Source: Spirochaetia bacterium (lineage in GTDB: Bacteria; Spirochaetota; Spirochaetia; CADAEX01). Taken from it: DNA of 64,000 bases. Below are positions 9,889 through 20,466 of this stretch, piece by piece; the first letter of the stretch is position 1, and every line of letters begins with the position of its first letter. The notes under the pieces were generated by a model that was not told the DNA's origin, did not search any database, and saw only the letters and a program-made list of their open reading frames with translations. Location: positions 13,653 to 77,652 of the forward strand of contig CAXXHA010000015.1 of the NCBI GenBank assembly GCA_963662265.2. The letters are read 5' to 3'. A program made the position numbers and the translations under genes.

Positions 9889-12102
9889 ATGGAACTGTTT
9901 TCTTTATCTCAGAACAGCGAATCAACTCCGTTGGCCGCAAGGATGCGCCCTGAAACTCTTGATGATTTTATAGGGCAGGAACATATAGTCGGAAAAGGAA
10001 GACTCTTAAGAAGAGCAATACAGGCTGACCAGCTCTCATCAGTAATATTTTACGGCCCTCCCGGAACTGGTAAAACAACACTTGCAAGAATTATTGCAAA
10101 CACGACAAAAAGCTCGTTTATCACTATCAATGCAGTACTCTCTGGTGTCAAGGAAATCAGGGAAGCGATTATTGCAGCCAAGAAGAAACTGGAACTTTAT
10201 CAGCAGAAGACTATTCTGTTTGTAGATGAAGTCCACAGATGGAACAAGGCACAGCAGGACGCTCTTCTTCCATGGGTGGAAAACGGTACATTCATACTGA
10301 TCGGGGCAACAACAGAGAATCCTTTCTTTGAAGTTAACTCAGCACTTGTAAGCCGGAGCAGGATATTTCAGCTGCTCCCTCTTTCAGAAGCGGAACTTCT
10401 GAAAGCAGCTAAAATGACACTGGAAGACAGGGAAAGAGGATACGGTAAATATAACATAGAATTTGAAGAAGGCGCCCTTGAACACATAGCAGAAATTGCC
10501 AACGGCGATGCAAGAAGCCTTCTCAATGCACTAGAACTTTCAGTAGAAACAACACCTGAAAAATTCCCCCCCCCTGAGGGAGAAAAAATATTCATATCAA
10601 TAGAGACTGCCGAAGAAAGCATACAGAAAAAAGCAGTTCTTTATGACAAGGAGGGGGATTACCACTACGACACAATAAGTGCGTTTATAAAATCAATAAG
10701 AGGATCAGATCCTGATGCGGCGCTGTACTGGATGGCAAGAATGATTGACGCGGGGGAAGATCCCAAATTTCTATTCAGGAGGATGCTGATCTCTGCAGCT
10801 GAAGATATCGGGATGGCTGATCCCAACGCTCTTCCTTTGGTAAATTCCGCAGCACAGGCATTTGAAAGAATTGGAATGCCTGAGGGGAATTTCTTCCTGT
10901 CTCAGGCAGCTATCTATCTTGCAACTGCCAAAAAATCAAATACAACTCTTGCTTTCTTTGATGCTCTTCAGTCAGTGAGAAACGAGAAAAACGGGGAAGT
11001 TCCCGATGACCTGAAAGATGCTTCACGCGACAAGCACAGTTTCGGACACGGGCAGGGGTACCTCTATCCACATGCATACAAAGACCACTGGGTTGCCCAG
11101 CAGTACCTTCCCGACACCCTGAAAGGACGGGTATTTTACCAGCCTGGTGAAACAGGTTATGAAAAAGAGATAAAATCAGATATTGAAAGAAAAAGAGAAG
11201 TCCAGCTTGAAGCCCATCTTGAGCGGGGAGATGACAGCCAGATTCTCACTTTCACCCCTCCGGATAAAAGAAAGGATGAATGGCTAAAAAGAACAGCAGA
11301 TAACAGAAACCTGATACTGACATCAATAAGAGACAGGATTTTCAGAAAAAGCCTGATAAACAGGCACGGAAGAGTGCTTGTTGCGGGAAAAGACAGGGGG
11401 CTCCTCCTGTGGGAGGCACTCAGAAAAGCACCTGAGGGGGGCGTATGGACAGTAATCAGCGATAAGGAGGAGGTAGACTTCATAAACAGCTACCCCACCC
11501 CTCTACCGGATATGGAAAAACCAATTATAATTCCAGGAAGTATAGAAACACTTTCTACTGATGACAGCAACATTGTCCCCTTTGATACAATAGTAGGAAG
11601 AAATATCATCAGAACAGGTTCCGATGCGGAATATATATTCAGAAGCATTTATTCTCTTCTCGACAGAAACGGAATGTTCTCAATTGCAGATGTACTCCCT
11701 TCAAGAGCAACAAGGCTTTCCGAACTGATAAATACAAAATCTCTTACAGGGGAAGATGCAGAAACTATCAGAACAGCTGAAAACACGATTTATGAAAAAA
11801 ACAGGAAACATGGCCTTCTTGAAAGCAATGATGTTTTTAAAATGCTGGAAAAGACCGGTTTTTCAGAAACAGGGCTCAAGGAAAAGGAATATACAGAAAA
11901 CAGAATCATAACATCAAAAAATATAGAACGGTGGCTCGACCTGGAAGATACAGGCAGTTACGGTTCACAAATAAAAAAACTTATTCCGGAAGAATTATAC
12001 AGCAGGATTGCAGATATATTTTATCATGAACTTGCAGACAGGGAAGTAAAATGGAGAACAGTCTACCTCTTTCTTTGGGGTTTTAAAAAGATGAGTTCTT
12101 GA
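9889..12102 (+). CDS. rarA: Replication-associated recombination protein A (MgsA/RarA) with a C-terminal extension
   Basis: PLAARMRP, GPPGTGKTT, FVDEVHRWNKAQQDALLP, ATTENP, SAFIKSIRGSDPDAALYW; about 280 extra C-terminal residues. Confidence 0.9.
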   Translation: MELFSLSQNSESTPLAARMRPETLDDFIGQEHIVGKGRLLRRAIQADQLSSVIFYGPPGTGKTTLARIIANTTKSSFITINAVLSGVKEIREAIIAAKKKLELYQQKTILFVDEVHRWNKAQQDALLPWVENGTFILIGATTENPFFEVNSALVSRSRIFQLLPLSEAELLKAAKMTLEDRERGYGKYNIEFEEGALEHIAEIANGDARSLLNALELSVETTPEKFPPPEGEKIFISIETAEESIQKKAVLYDKEGDYHYDTISAFIKSIRGSDPDAALYWMARMIDAGEDPKFLFRRMLISAAEDIGMADPNALPLVNSAAQAFERIGMPEGNFFLSQAAIYLATAKKSNTTLAFFDALQSVRNEKNGEVPDDLKDASRDKHSFGHGQGYLYPHAYKDHWVAQQYLPDTLKGRVFYQPGETGYEKEIKSDIERKREVQLEAHLERGDDSQILTFTPPDKRKDEWLKRTADNRNLILTSIRDRIFRKSLINRHGRVLVAGKDRGLLLWEALRKAPEGGVWTVISDKEEVDFINSYPTPLPDMEKPIIIPGSIETLSTDDSNIVPFDTIVGRNIIRTGSDAEYIFRSIYSLLDRNGMFSIADVLPSRATRLSELINTKSLTGEDAETIRTAENTIYEKNRKHGLLESNDVFKMLEKTGFSETGLKEKEYTENRIITSKNIERWLDLEDTGSYGSQIKKLIPEELYSRIADIFYHELADREVKWRTVYLFLWGFKKMSS

Positions 12103-12127
12103 CAAATATTATGATTTACTACATATT
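12099..12127 (+). promoter_or_regulatory. Putative sigma70 promoter of the tRNA cluster
   Basis: TTGACA-17 nt-CATATT. Confidence 0.5.
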
Positions 12128-12176
12128 ACTATTACTCACGGAACAGGAGTTTTAAGCATTCAGGTTCTGTATTCAT

Positions 12177-12249
12177 GGTGGATATAGTTCAATGGTAGAG
12201 CACCAGATTGTGGTTCTGGTTGTTGCGGGTTCGAGTCCCGTTATCCACC
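12177..12249 (+). tRNA. tRNA-His(GTG)
   Basis: Encoded G-1, acceptor GTGGATA/TATCCAC, anticodon arm CCAGA-TTGTGGT-TCTGG. Confidence 0.95.
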
Positions 12250-12259
12250 CTTTACTAAT

Positions 12260-12315
<56 letters not shown>

Positions 12316-12333
<18 letters not shown>

Positions 12334-12495
12334 AAAACATCCAGTTTTCATTTTCAGACAGGATTCGATACGGAACTGTCGCCGAGCGATAGCGAGGAAA
12401 AGTGTAGAGGATGTTCACGCCAGACAGTGAAGTCGGCCTGTAATGAGATGACACGATGTCATCGATTGAAAGGCGAATCCTGCCGGGCGTAAAAA
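12316..12495 (+). repeat. tRNA-linked repeat: 22-bp direct repeat of the tRNA-Arg 3' end flanking a 122-nt inverted-repeat-bounded element
   Basis: CGAATCCTGCCGGGCGTAAAAA at 12316 and 12474; AGGATTCG (12360) is the reverse complement of CGAATCCT (12474-12481). Confidence 0.85.
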
Positions 12496-12643
12496 ATCAG
12501 GCATTACTTTTTTCAAGTCCCAATACTTGAAACAACTGCAAATAATGCTTGTTTTAATCACTCCATGACAGATATCCTGTCGGGGGTACAACTTGAAAAT
12601 TATTATATTTTGTATTAAAACAGGATAATAATTTTTCAATATT

Positions 12644-12716
12644 GGGCCGTTAGCTCAGCTGGGAGAGCAGCAGACTCTTAATCTGCGGGTCGAAGGTTCG
12701 AACCCTTCACGGCTCA
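12644..12716 (+). tRNA. tRNA-Lys(CTT)
   Basis: GGGCCGT/ACGGCTC acceptor, GCAGA-CTCTTAA-TCTGC anticodon arm. Confidence 0.95.
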
Positions 12717-12764
12717 CTTTATTTTTGGAAAGTTATTGACTAACTTTTTGAAATAATATACATT

Positions 12765-12846
12765 GCGAGAGTGGTGAAATTGGCAGACACGCCAGACTTA
12801 GGATCTGGTGCCGCAAGGCGTAAGGGTTCAAGTCCCTTCTCTCGCA
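12765..12846 (+). tRNA. tRNA-Leu(TAG)
   Basis: GCGAGAG/CTCTCGC acceptor, CCAGA-CTTAGGA-TCTGG, long variable arm GCCGCAAGGC. Confidence 0.95.
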
Positions 12847-12878
12847 TTAGCAGAGAAGAACACTGCAAATTAAAACCA

Positions 12879-12950
12879 GCGGGAGTAGCTCAGTGGTAGA
12901 GCTCCACCTTGCCAAGGTGGATGTCGCGAGTTCAAATCTCGTCTCCCGCT
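12879..12950 (+). tRNA. tRNA-Gly(GCC)
   Basis: GCGGGAG/CTCCCGC acceptor, CCACC-TTGCCAA-GGTGG. Confidence 0.95.
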
Positions 12951-12954
12951 CATT

Positions 12955-12985
12955 AAAAGCGATCCAAAACGGATCGCTTTTTTTA
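12955..12985 (+). terminator. Terminator after the tRNA cluster
   Basis: AAAAGCGATCC-AAAAC-GGATCGCTTTT followed by Ts. Confidence 0.8.
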
Positions 12986-13268
12986 TATTAAAATTGCCTT
13001 TTTTTTGAAGTATAACTGCAGATTATGGTATATACAAAAAATAAAGGTTTTGGTATTGTAAAGCCTGTTCATTGTTAGTTTTGTTAAAACATTTTTAGGG
13101 ATTTGTTTTATGACTGCAGATTAATTTCAATAATCTGTCATATGATCATGCTGTAATCAAATCCCATACAGGGCACCTGTCACCATGTATATAATTATTT
13201 TTTCCTCTGACAGGAAAATGCATAGTTTTCAAGGGTGCCGATAAATCAAATATCTAAAGAGGAAAACC

Positions 13269-14627
13269 GTGGTTGCTAACAAAGAGATTAAATCACTCGA
13301 AAACTCAATAGTAGAATTAACTGTAACTATTGAAAAAGACGCTGTAAAAAAAGAATATGACGAACTTCTGAAAAAATACTCAAAAACAGCGCATATCAAA
13401 GGCTTCAGAAAGGGTAAAGTTCCGGCAGCAGTACTTGAAAGAAAATACGGAGAAGGACTTGTAACAGAATCAGGATTCAACCTGATTGAAAAAAGCCTTG
13501 ATGAAGTTTTAAAAGATGTTGAAAAGAAGCCTCTTCCATACTCACAGCCTGCACTGAAAGATGAAGAAAACCTTAAAATTTCACTTGATGAAGACCTTGT
13601 CTATACAGTTTCATATGAAACCTTCCCTGAAGTAAAACTCGGCGAATACAAGGGCTTTGATATCGAAATTCCTGAAGTAAAACTTGCCGCAGAAGATGAA
13701 AAAAGAGAACTCAAACGATACCAGGACCAGAACGCTGTTGTCAGCGAAAAAAGAGGCGGAAAAGTTGCCAAAGACAATGTTGTCACAATCAACTATGCAG
13801 AACTTGATGAAAATGACAATGTAATTGAAGATACAAAACGGGAAGACTTTACTTTCACAGTTGGAACAGGTTACAACTACTACAAACTTGATGACGATAT
13901 AATCGGCATGAAGAAAGAAGAAGAAAAAGTAATCGAAAAAGAATTTGCCGATGATTTCGAATACAAAGAACTTGCAGGCAAAAAAATAAAACTCCAGGTA
14001 ACAGTAACATCTGTAAAATCAAAGAAACTTCCCGATCTTGATGATGAACTTGCACAGGATATCAGTGAAAAATACAAAACTCTTGATGACCTGAAAAAAG
14101 ATATCAAGGAAAGACAGGAAGGAATGATTGAAAACAAGCTCAAAGCTGTTAAACAGGAAAAAATGCTTGAAAAAATCATAGAAAACAGCGAAGTAGATCC
14201 TCCTGCTGCAATGATCAATGCGGAACTCGACAACCAGTGGAATAACTTCCTCTACCAGTTCGGCGGAGATGAAAACAAAGTACTTGAAATCCTTACAATG
14301 CAGAACAAGACAAAAGAGGACATGCTTGCTGAATGGAGACCTTTCGCTGAAAAAACTGTAAAAGGACAGCTCCTTATCAGCAAAATCGGGGAAGAGGAAA
14401 AAGTCGAAGCTACAGATGAAGAACTTGAAGAAGAAATCAAGTCTCAGTCTGCACAGAGCGGCATGAGCGAGGAAGACTTCAGAAACTACATAGAACAGAA
14501 TCAGATGAAAGAATATGTAAGACTCAGCCTCAAAGAGAGAAAAACTTACGACTTACTCATGGAAAACTGCAAGTTTAAGAAAGGGGAAAAAATAAAATTC
14601 CTTGATTTTATTCAGACAAACTATTAA
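13269..14627 (+). CDS. tig: Trigger factor
   Basis: IKGFRKGKVP ribosome-binding motif; upstream of clpP-clpX. Confidence 0.95.
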   Translation: MVANKEIKSLENSIVELTVTIEKDAVKKEYDELLKKYSKTAHIKGFRKGKVPAAVLERKYGEGLVTESGFNLIEKSLDEVLKDVEKKPLPYSQPALKDEENLKISLDEDLVYTVSYETFPEVKLGEYKGFDIEIPEVKLAAEDEKRELKRYQDQNAVVSEKRGGKVAKDNVVTINYAELDENDNVIEDTKREDFTFTVGTGYNYYKLDDDIIGMKKEEEKVIEKEFADDFEYKELAGKKIKLQVTVTSVKSKKLPDLDDELAQDISEKYKTLDDLKKDIKERQEGMIENKLKAVKQEKMLEKIIENSEVDPPAAMINAELDNQWNNFLYQFGGDENKVLEILTMQNKTKEDMLAEWRPFAEKTVKGQLLISKIGEEEKVEATDEELEEEIKSQSAQSGMSEEDFRNYIEQNQMKEYVRLSLKERKTYDLLMENCKFKKGEKIKFLDFIQTNY

Positions 14628-14636
14628 TTTACTTAC

Positions 14637-15242
14637 ATGAGATATATGAATGAACAAATGAACAGCCTTGTACCGGTCGTAATTGAACAGACCGGTATCG
14701 GCGAAAGATCCTACGATATTTATTCCAGACTTCTCAAGGACAGAATAGTCTTCCTTGACGGTGAAATAAATGATATCACTGCTGATCTTGTTGTTGCACA
14801 GCTTCTGTTTCTTGAATCACAGGATCCACAGAGAGACATTAGCCTTTATATTAACTCCCCCGGCGGTTCTGTTACTGCCGGGCTTGCTATCTATGACACT
14901 ATCCAGTATATAAAACCGGATGTTCAGACAATCTGCATGGGCCAGGCAGCATCAATGGGCGCACTTCTTCTTACATGCGGAGCGGAAGGGAAAAGACACA
15001 GTCTTCCTTCAAGCAGGATACTTATTCACCAGCCATGGGGCGGTGCGCAGGGCCAGGCAAAGGATATCAACATCCAGGCAAAGGAAATTATACGTCTTAA
15101 AAATCTCACAATAGATTATTTTGCAAAACACACAGGTAAACCGAGAAAAACAATTGCAAAAGATCTGGAAAGAGATTTTTTCATGTCTGCAGAAGAAGGG
15201 AAAAATTACGGTCTTATAGACAATATACTGATCAGAGGTTAA
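14637..15242 (+). CDS. clpP: ATP-dependent Clp protease proteolytic subunit
   Basis: [30 protein letters not shown]. Confidence 0.97.
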   Translation: MRYMNEQMNSLVPVVIEQTGIGERSYDIYSRLLKDRIVFLDGEINDITADLVVAQLLFLESQDPQRDISLYINSPGGSVTAGLAIYDTIQYIKPDVQTICMGQAASMGALLLTCGAEGKRHSLPSSRILIHQPWGGAQGQAKDINIQAKEIIRLKNLTIDYFAKHTGKPRKTIAKDLERDFFMSAEEGKNYGLIDNILIRG

Positions 15243-15247
15243 ACTTC

Positions 15248-16489
15248 ATGTCAAAAAACAGAAAAGACAATATTGCCTGTTCTTTCTGCGGAAAAGCATC
15301 CGAATCTGCAAGAAAAATAATAACAGGTCCGGGTGTTCATATTTGCGATGAATGTGTTGCAGTATGCAACCGTATTATTGAGGAAGACCTCAAGAAGACA
15401 CCTGAAACCCAGACTCTTGACAAGGCAGCAAAACCTGAAGAGATGAAAAATTTTCTTGATGAATATGTCATCGGCCAGGATGCTGCTAAAAAAGCACTTT
15501 CCGTAGCTGTATACAATCACTATAAGAGAATTCTCAACAAGGAAAAACTCAACAGCGATGTTGAACTTGAAAAGTCAAACGTCCTGATAGTCGGACCTAC
15601 AGGTACAGGAAAAACACTGCTTGCAAAAAGTCTTGCAAAAAAACTCAATGTTCCTTTTGCAATAGCTGACGCTACAACACTTACAGAAGCAGGATATGTT
15701 GGAGAAGATGTTGAAAACATCCTTTTAAAGCTTATCCAGAGTGCTGACAACAACATAGCTGCTGCCGAAAAAGGGATCATATACATCGATGAAATTGATA
15801 AGATATCCAAGAAAGGGGAAAATGTATCAATTACCAGGGATGTTTCAGGCGAAGGTGTTCAGCAGGCGCTTCTCAAGATAATTGAAGGTTCTGTAGCTTC
15901 AGTTCCTCCCCAGGGCGGTAGAAAACACCCCAACCAGGAAATGCTCAAGATAAATACAGATAATATACTCTTTATCTGCGGCGGCGCTTTTGTAGGTCTT
16001 GATAAGATAATAGAAGCACGTATTTCACAGCATCCCATGGGATTCGGTGCAGATGTGAAGATGACAGAGGAAAAAAGCCTTGTAGAGCTTTTCGAGAACC
16101 TCCATCCCGATGACCTTATCAAGTTCGGCCTTATTCCCGAATTCATAGGACGGCTCCCGATACAGGTTGCTCTAGAAAACCTTACAAAGGATGATCTTAA
16201 ACGGATTATCACAGAGCCCAAGAATGCAATTATACGACAGTACAAGGAATCGCTGAAACTTGATGACACAGACATTGAATTTACAGATGATGCAATAGAG
16301 GCGATTGCAGAACTTGCTGTTTCAAGAAAAACCGGGGCAAGAGGCTTAAGGTCAATTGTAGAATCATTCATGATTGACCTGATGTTTGAACTTCCTTCAA
16401 TCGAAGGCAAGAAAAAAATCACAATTACAAAAGAAGTTATTAACGGTGAAAAAAAGCCGGAAATTATAACAGAACTTAAATCCGCCTGA
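15248..16489 (+). CDS. clpX: ATP-dependent Clp protease ATP-binding subunit
   Basis: CSFCGK zinc finger, [36 protein letters not shown]. Confidence 0.97.
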   Translation: MSKNRKDNIACSFCGKASESARKIITGPGVHICDECVAVCNRIIEEDLKKTPETQTLDKAAKPEEMKNFLDEYVIGQDAAKKALSVAVYNHYKRILNKEKLNSDVELEKSNVLIVGPTGTGKTLLAKSLAKKLNVPFAIADATTLTEAGYVGEDVENILLKLIQSADNNIAAAEKGIIYIDEIDKISKKGENVSITRDVSGEGVQQALLKIIEGSVASVPPQGGRKHPNQEMLKINTDNILFICGGAFVGLDKIIEARISQHPMGFGADVKMTEEKSLVELFENLHPDDLIKFGLIPEFIGRLPIQVALENLTKDDLKRIITEPKNAIIRQYKESLKLDDTDIEFTDDAIEAIAELAVSRKTGARGLRSIVESFMIDLMFELPSIEGKKKITITKEVINGEKKPEIITELKSA

Positions 16490-16509
16490 TTAAGAAGGCA
16501 ATATATAAG

Positions 16510-16539
16510 ATCCCGGTTTCAAAAACCGGGATTTTTTTT
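16510..16539 (+). terminator. Terminator after clpX
   Basis: ATCCCGGTTT-CAA-AAACCGGGAT followed by Ts. Confidence 0.8.
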
Positions 16540-16756
16540 GCAATAAAGCTTTTTGACTTATGATTTTCATCATATATGTCTGGCTCATCTCATATTCCTG
16601 TTCTTTGCAGATATCAGACTTCAAAAGCAGCAGAACTGAATCTTCAACTCTTCATCAGATGAAATCGACAGATTTTCTGCATCATCTCATCAGTTGACCA
16701 ATAAATTGTTTTATGGTAATAAATTTCTTAAATATCACAACTAAAAGGAGCTGTTT

Positions 16757-17701
16757 ATGGCTGTTAATCTTACCGGAAAATCACTGATTTCACTAAAAGA
16801 CTATTCATATGATGAGATACGATATCTCATGGACCTTGCACATACTGTTAAAAAAGAAAGAAAATCAAATATCCGGAAACAGAGATTCACAGGCATGAGC
16901 ATTGCACTTCTTTTTGAAAAAAGATCTACACGAACAAGATGCGCATTTGAAACTGCATTCGGCGAAGAGGGGGGACATCCCGTATTCCTCTCAAGTTCAG
17001 ATATGCAGCTCGGTGCCAAGGAATCAATAGAAGATACTGCAAGAGTACTCGGCAGAATGTTTGATTGCATACAGTACAGGGGATTCAAAACATCCTACGT
17101 TGAAACTCTGTCAAAATATTCAGGCATACCTGTATATAACGGTCTTACAGATGATTACCACCCAACTCAGCTTCTTGCAGACCTCATGACAGTTGAAGAA
17201 TATTTCGGCACACTGAAAGACAAGAAGCTGACATATGTAGGTGATGGAAGAAACAATGTCGCAAACTCGCTCCTCATAGGCTGCGCCAAACTGGGAGTAA
17301 ACATAACAATAGCATCTCCAGCCTCTCTTCAGCCTGAAGAATATATTATAAAAATATCAAAGGATTTTGCTGCTGTTTCAGGGGCAAAAATAGAGACAAC
17401 AGAAGATCCTGTAAAAGGGGTGGAAGGAGCTGATGCAGTTTATACCGATGTATGGGTCTCAATGGGAGAAGAAGAGAAAATAGCAGAAAGAAAAAAACTG
17501 CTCTCCCCATACCAGGTAAACAGCAGCCTGATGGCAAAAACCGGCAAGGAAACAATATTCCTTCACTGCCTCCCTGCAGTTAAGGGAAATGAAGTTACTG
17601 CAGACGTTGTTGACGGGGAAATGTCTGAGGCATGGAACCAGGCGGAAAACAGAAAACATACAATCAAGGCAATAATGCTTGCAACACTTGGCCTTGAGTA
17701 A
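16757..17701 (+). CDS. argF: Ornithine carbamoyltransferase
   Basis: KRSTRTR, HPTQ, GDGRNN, DVWVSMG, FLHCLP. Confidence 0.93.
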   Translation: MAVNLTGKSLISLKDYSYDEIRYLMDLAHTVKKERKSNIRKQRFTGMSIALLFEKRSTRTRCAFETAFGEEGGHPVFLSSSDMQLGAKESIEDTARVLGRMFDCIQYRGFKTSYVETLSKYSGIPVYNGLTDDYHPTQLLADLMTVEEYFGTLKDKKLTYVGDGRNNVANSLLIGCAKLGVNITIASPASLQPEEYIIKISKDFAAVSGAKIETTEDPVKGVEGADAVYTDVWVSMGEEEKIAERKKLLSPYQVNSSLMAKTGKETIFLHCLPAVKGNEVTADVVDGEMSEAWNQAENRKHTIKAIMLATLGLE

Positions 17702-17772
17702 AAACTTTTTTTATCTTGATTTAGGATATCATTGGTTATATAATTTAGGTACGTCTTTTTGGAGGTAGTCAA

Positions 17773-18195
17773 TTGAAAAAATGGGTTATACTTCTCTCAC
17801 TTGTTATACTCGCAACAGTTACATACAGCGCATGGAGTGAAAGTGTTGAGTCTGAATATTATGTAAAAACTGTACATATTCATAAAATATATCATCACAA
17901 TGAAGGTTTCAGAATTGTATATGAAACACAGGATCTCAAGCTGAAAGATACATTTATACCTTACAGCTGGTTTAAAAATCCCCAGCTCCCTGAAAGCGGT
18001 CAGTGGAAAGCTGAAGTTGTTTACGGGGATATGGCTGAATATCCATACTTCAATGTATACTGGAAAAACGGGGAGTTTTCACATATAAGACTCTTTTTAA
18101 GAGCAAAGAGAACACATCCGTCATGGGGAACTCTCAAGGATCCGGACAGATATAATGACAGTTTCAATGTTGAAGCGCCTGTATTTGATTTCTGA
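17773..18195 (+). CDS. Exported hypothetical protein
   Basis: TTG start after GGAGG, signal peptide, no recognisable motif. Confidence 0.7.
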   Translation: MKKWVILLSLVILATVTYSAWSESVESEYYVKTVHIHKIYHHNEGFRIVYETQDLKLKDTFIPYSWFKNPQLPESGQWKAEVVYGDMAEYPYFNVYWKNGEFSHIRLFLRAKRTHPSWGTLKDPDRYNDSFNVEAPVFDF

Positions 18196-19355
18196 TGATT
18201 GATATAGATAGAATTAAGAAAGCCATTCTGGATGAAAATCTGTCAGGATGGCTTTTTTTTAACTTCAGGCACAGAGATCCCATATCAGACGCAGTACTGG
18301 AAATAAACCGGGATTTTATCAATTCAAGAAGCTGGTTCTGTATAGTTTTCCCGGACAGGGAAATACTTAAAATAGTCCACAGAGTCGAATCAGGCATACT
18401 CGACCACATCCCCGGGAAAACTGAATTCTACAGTTCAAGAGAAGAGCTTTCTGAAATTTTATCACAGCTGAAGGGAAACAGGATTGCCCTGCAGAGCGAT
18501 ATCAGCCTCACTACCCTCTCCTGCATGGACGGGGGGACGAAGGATCTTCTTGAATCAGCAGGAATAATTACAGAATCAGCAGCCCCCCTTATTCAGAGAC
18601 TGCTTGGCGTTCTCGATGATAACCAGATAAAATCACATGAAAAAGCTGCAGATCTCCTTTACACTGCTGTTGAAGAAACATGGAAGCTTATAAGAGAATC
18701 ATTCAGTAAAGGAAAACAGCTTACAGAAAAAAATATTGCCGATTATATACATGATTATTTCGAAAAGAACAACCTGGTAACAGAGCACAGGATACTTACA
18801 GCATTTGGGAAAAATACCTCAGACCCCCACTATGAGACAGGAAAAAACGATACAATACTTGAAAAAGAAACACTCATCCAGTTCGATATCTGGGCCAGGG
18901 AAAATAAAAAAAACAGTGTTTATGCAGATATTTCCTGGGTGGGATATACAGGTGATAAAGTCCCTGACAGATACAGAGCTGTTTTCAATACCCTGACAGA
19001 TGCCAGAGACCATGCTGTTGATATAATATCATCATCCCTGTCATCAGGCTCTGATATAGCAGGCTCTGATATAGACAGGGAAGTCAGAAAAATACTCATT
19101 GATTCAGGTTATGAAAAAGGGCTGTTTCACAGGACAGGACATGCTATTGACCAGGAACTTCACGGTTACGGCGTCAATATTGATTCAGTGGAATTCCCGG
19201 ATTCCAGGAAAATTCTCGAAGGCTCCTGCTTTTCTTTAGAACCGGGGCTCTACTTCAGTGACTTCGGAATGAGGACAGAAATCGACTGCTACATCAGGAA
19301 CAACTCACTTGTAATATCAGGCAAAAAGCCTCAGAAAAATATACTGACTTTATAA
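18195..19355 (+). CDS. M24 (aminopeptidase P family) metallopeptidase
   Basis: DPHYE, DIWA, YADISW, HRTGH, FSLEPGLY, GMRTEID. Confidence 0.88.
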   Translation: MIDIDRIKKAILDENLSGWLFFNFRHRDPISDAVLEINRDFINSRSWFCIVFPDREILKIVHRVESGILDHIPGKTEFYSSREELSEILSQLKGNRIALQSDISLTTLSCMDGGTKDLLESAGIITESAAPLIQRLLGVLDDNQIKSHEKAADLLYTAVEETWKLIRESFSKGKQLTEKNIADYIHDYFEKNNLVTEHRILTAFGKNTSDPHYETGKNDTILEKETLIQFDIWARENKKNSVYADISWVGYTGDKVPDRYRAVFNTLTDARDHAVDIISSSLSSGSDIAGSDIDREVRKILIDSGYEKGLFHRTGHAIDQELHGYGVNIDSVEFPDSRKILEGSCFSLEPGLYFSDFGMRTEIDCYIRNNSLVISGKKPQKNILTL

Positions 19356-19375
19356 ACCAGGAAACAGGATACTAA

Positions 19376-20335
19376 ATGAAAAATCTCATAAATTTTATTG
19401 CGGACTATGATAATTTCCATATATTCGGACACAGGGATCCGGATGCGGACTGTATCTGCAGCCAGCTTGCCCTTTCAAGTTTTCTATCAAGAAACGGGAA
19501 AAAAGCTTATCTGTACGCAGAATTACCACTTACACGGCCTGAAATATCAGACCTCGGAAGCAACTTCACAGGCAGCAGCAAAAACCTCAAAAAGGAGGGG
19601 AAAACAGCTGCAATTATTCTCGACTGCTCAACACCGGAGAGAACCGGCAGTTTTGCAGATACAGTAAGAGAATTTTCATACGCAGTTATTGACCATCACA
19701 AGACAGGTGAAATTACAGGAGATGCAGGATACATTGATCCTGACACCCCATCCACCACCCTCTTAATCTACCGGCTTATGAAAAGCATGGGGCAAAGCCC
19801 TACCAGGGAAGAGGCTGAACTGCTCTTTACAGGGCTTTGTACAGATACAGGATTTTTCAGGCACCTTGAAGAGGATTCCTCAGAAACGCTCAGAGATGCG
19901 TCAGAACTGGTAAAAACAGGAGTTTCCCCGAATAAAATATTCTACAAGATACATGGGAACAAAACACTATCATCCAGAATTCTTCTGGGAAAAATCCTCA
20001 CAAGGGCCGAGAATCATTTTTCAGGAAAACTTGTAACAACATATGAAACCTACCTTGATTTCAATATCCATGAGGAAAATGAAAGAGACTCTGACCTTGT
20101 CTACCAGCTTCTGACAGCTACTGCGGGAACAGATATCATAGCATTCATAAAAGAGGAAAAGCCTGATGAATGCTCGGTTAGCCTGAGAACAATAGGGGAA
20201 ACAGACCTTAGCTTAATTGCAAAAGACTTCAATGGCGGGGGCCACAGGAAGGCATCAGGATTTTCATACCCGGGCAATAAAGACAAAACAAAGGAAGCAG
20301 TAGTCAGATACTTCAGTAATCTATATTCATCCTGA
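19376..20335 (+). CDS. nrnA: DHH/DHHA1 phosphoesterase (NrnA-like oligoribonuclease/pAp phosphatase)
   Basis: GHRDPDADC, IDHH, TDTGFF, GGGHRKASG. Confidence 0.85.
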   Translation: MKNLINFIADYDNFHIFGHRDPDADCICSQLALSSFLSRNGKKAYLYAELPLTRPEISDLGSNFTGSSKNLKKEGKTAAIILDCSTPERTGSFADTVREFSYAVIDHHKTGEITGDAGYIDPDTPSTTLLIYRLMKSMGQSPTREEAELLFTGLCTDTGFFRHLEEDSSETLRDASELVKTGVSPNKIFYKIHGNKTLSSRILLGKILTRAENHFSGKLVTTYETYLDFNIHEENERDSDLVYQLLTATAGTDIIAFIKEEKPDECSVSLRTIGETDLSLIAKDFNGGGHRKASGFSYPGNKDKTKEAVVRYFSNLYSS

Positions 20336-20466
20336 AACAGCAGAATAATTCATATTTAATTTACTATCGACAACAGAATAGCTATCCGAAAATATTTACG
20401 AATGCAACTTGTCTCGCTACAGCGCTACAGGTTTACAGACCATATTAATAAATTGGAGGTATATAT

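Noticed and set aside
15859-16422. 187-aa minus-strand ORF
   Set aside because: Antisense shadow of clpX.
19045-19074. Perfect 15-bp tandem repeat CAGGCTCTGATATAG x2 in the M24 peptidase
   Set aside because: In-frame two-copy micro-duplication; no sign of a contingency locus.
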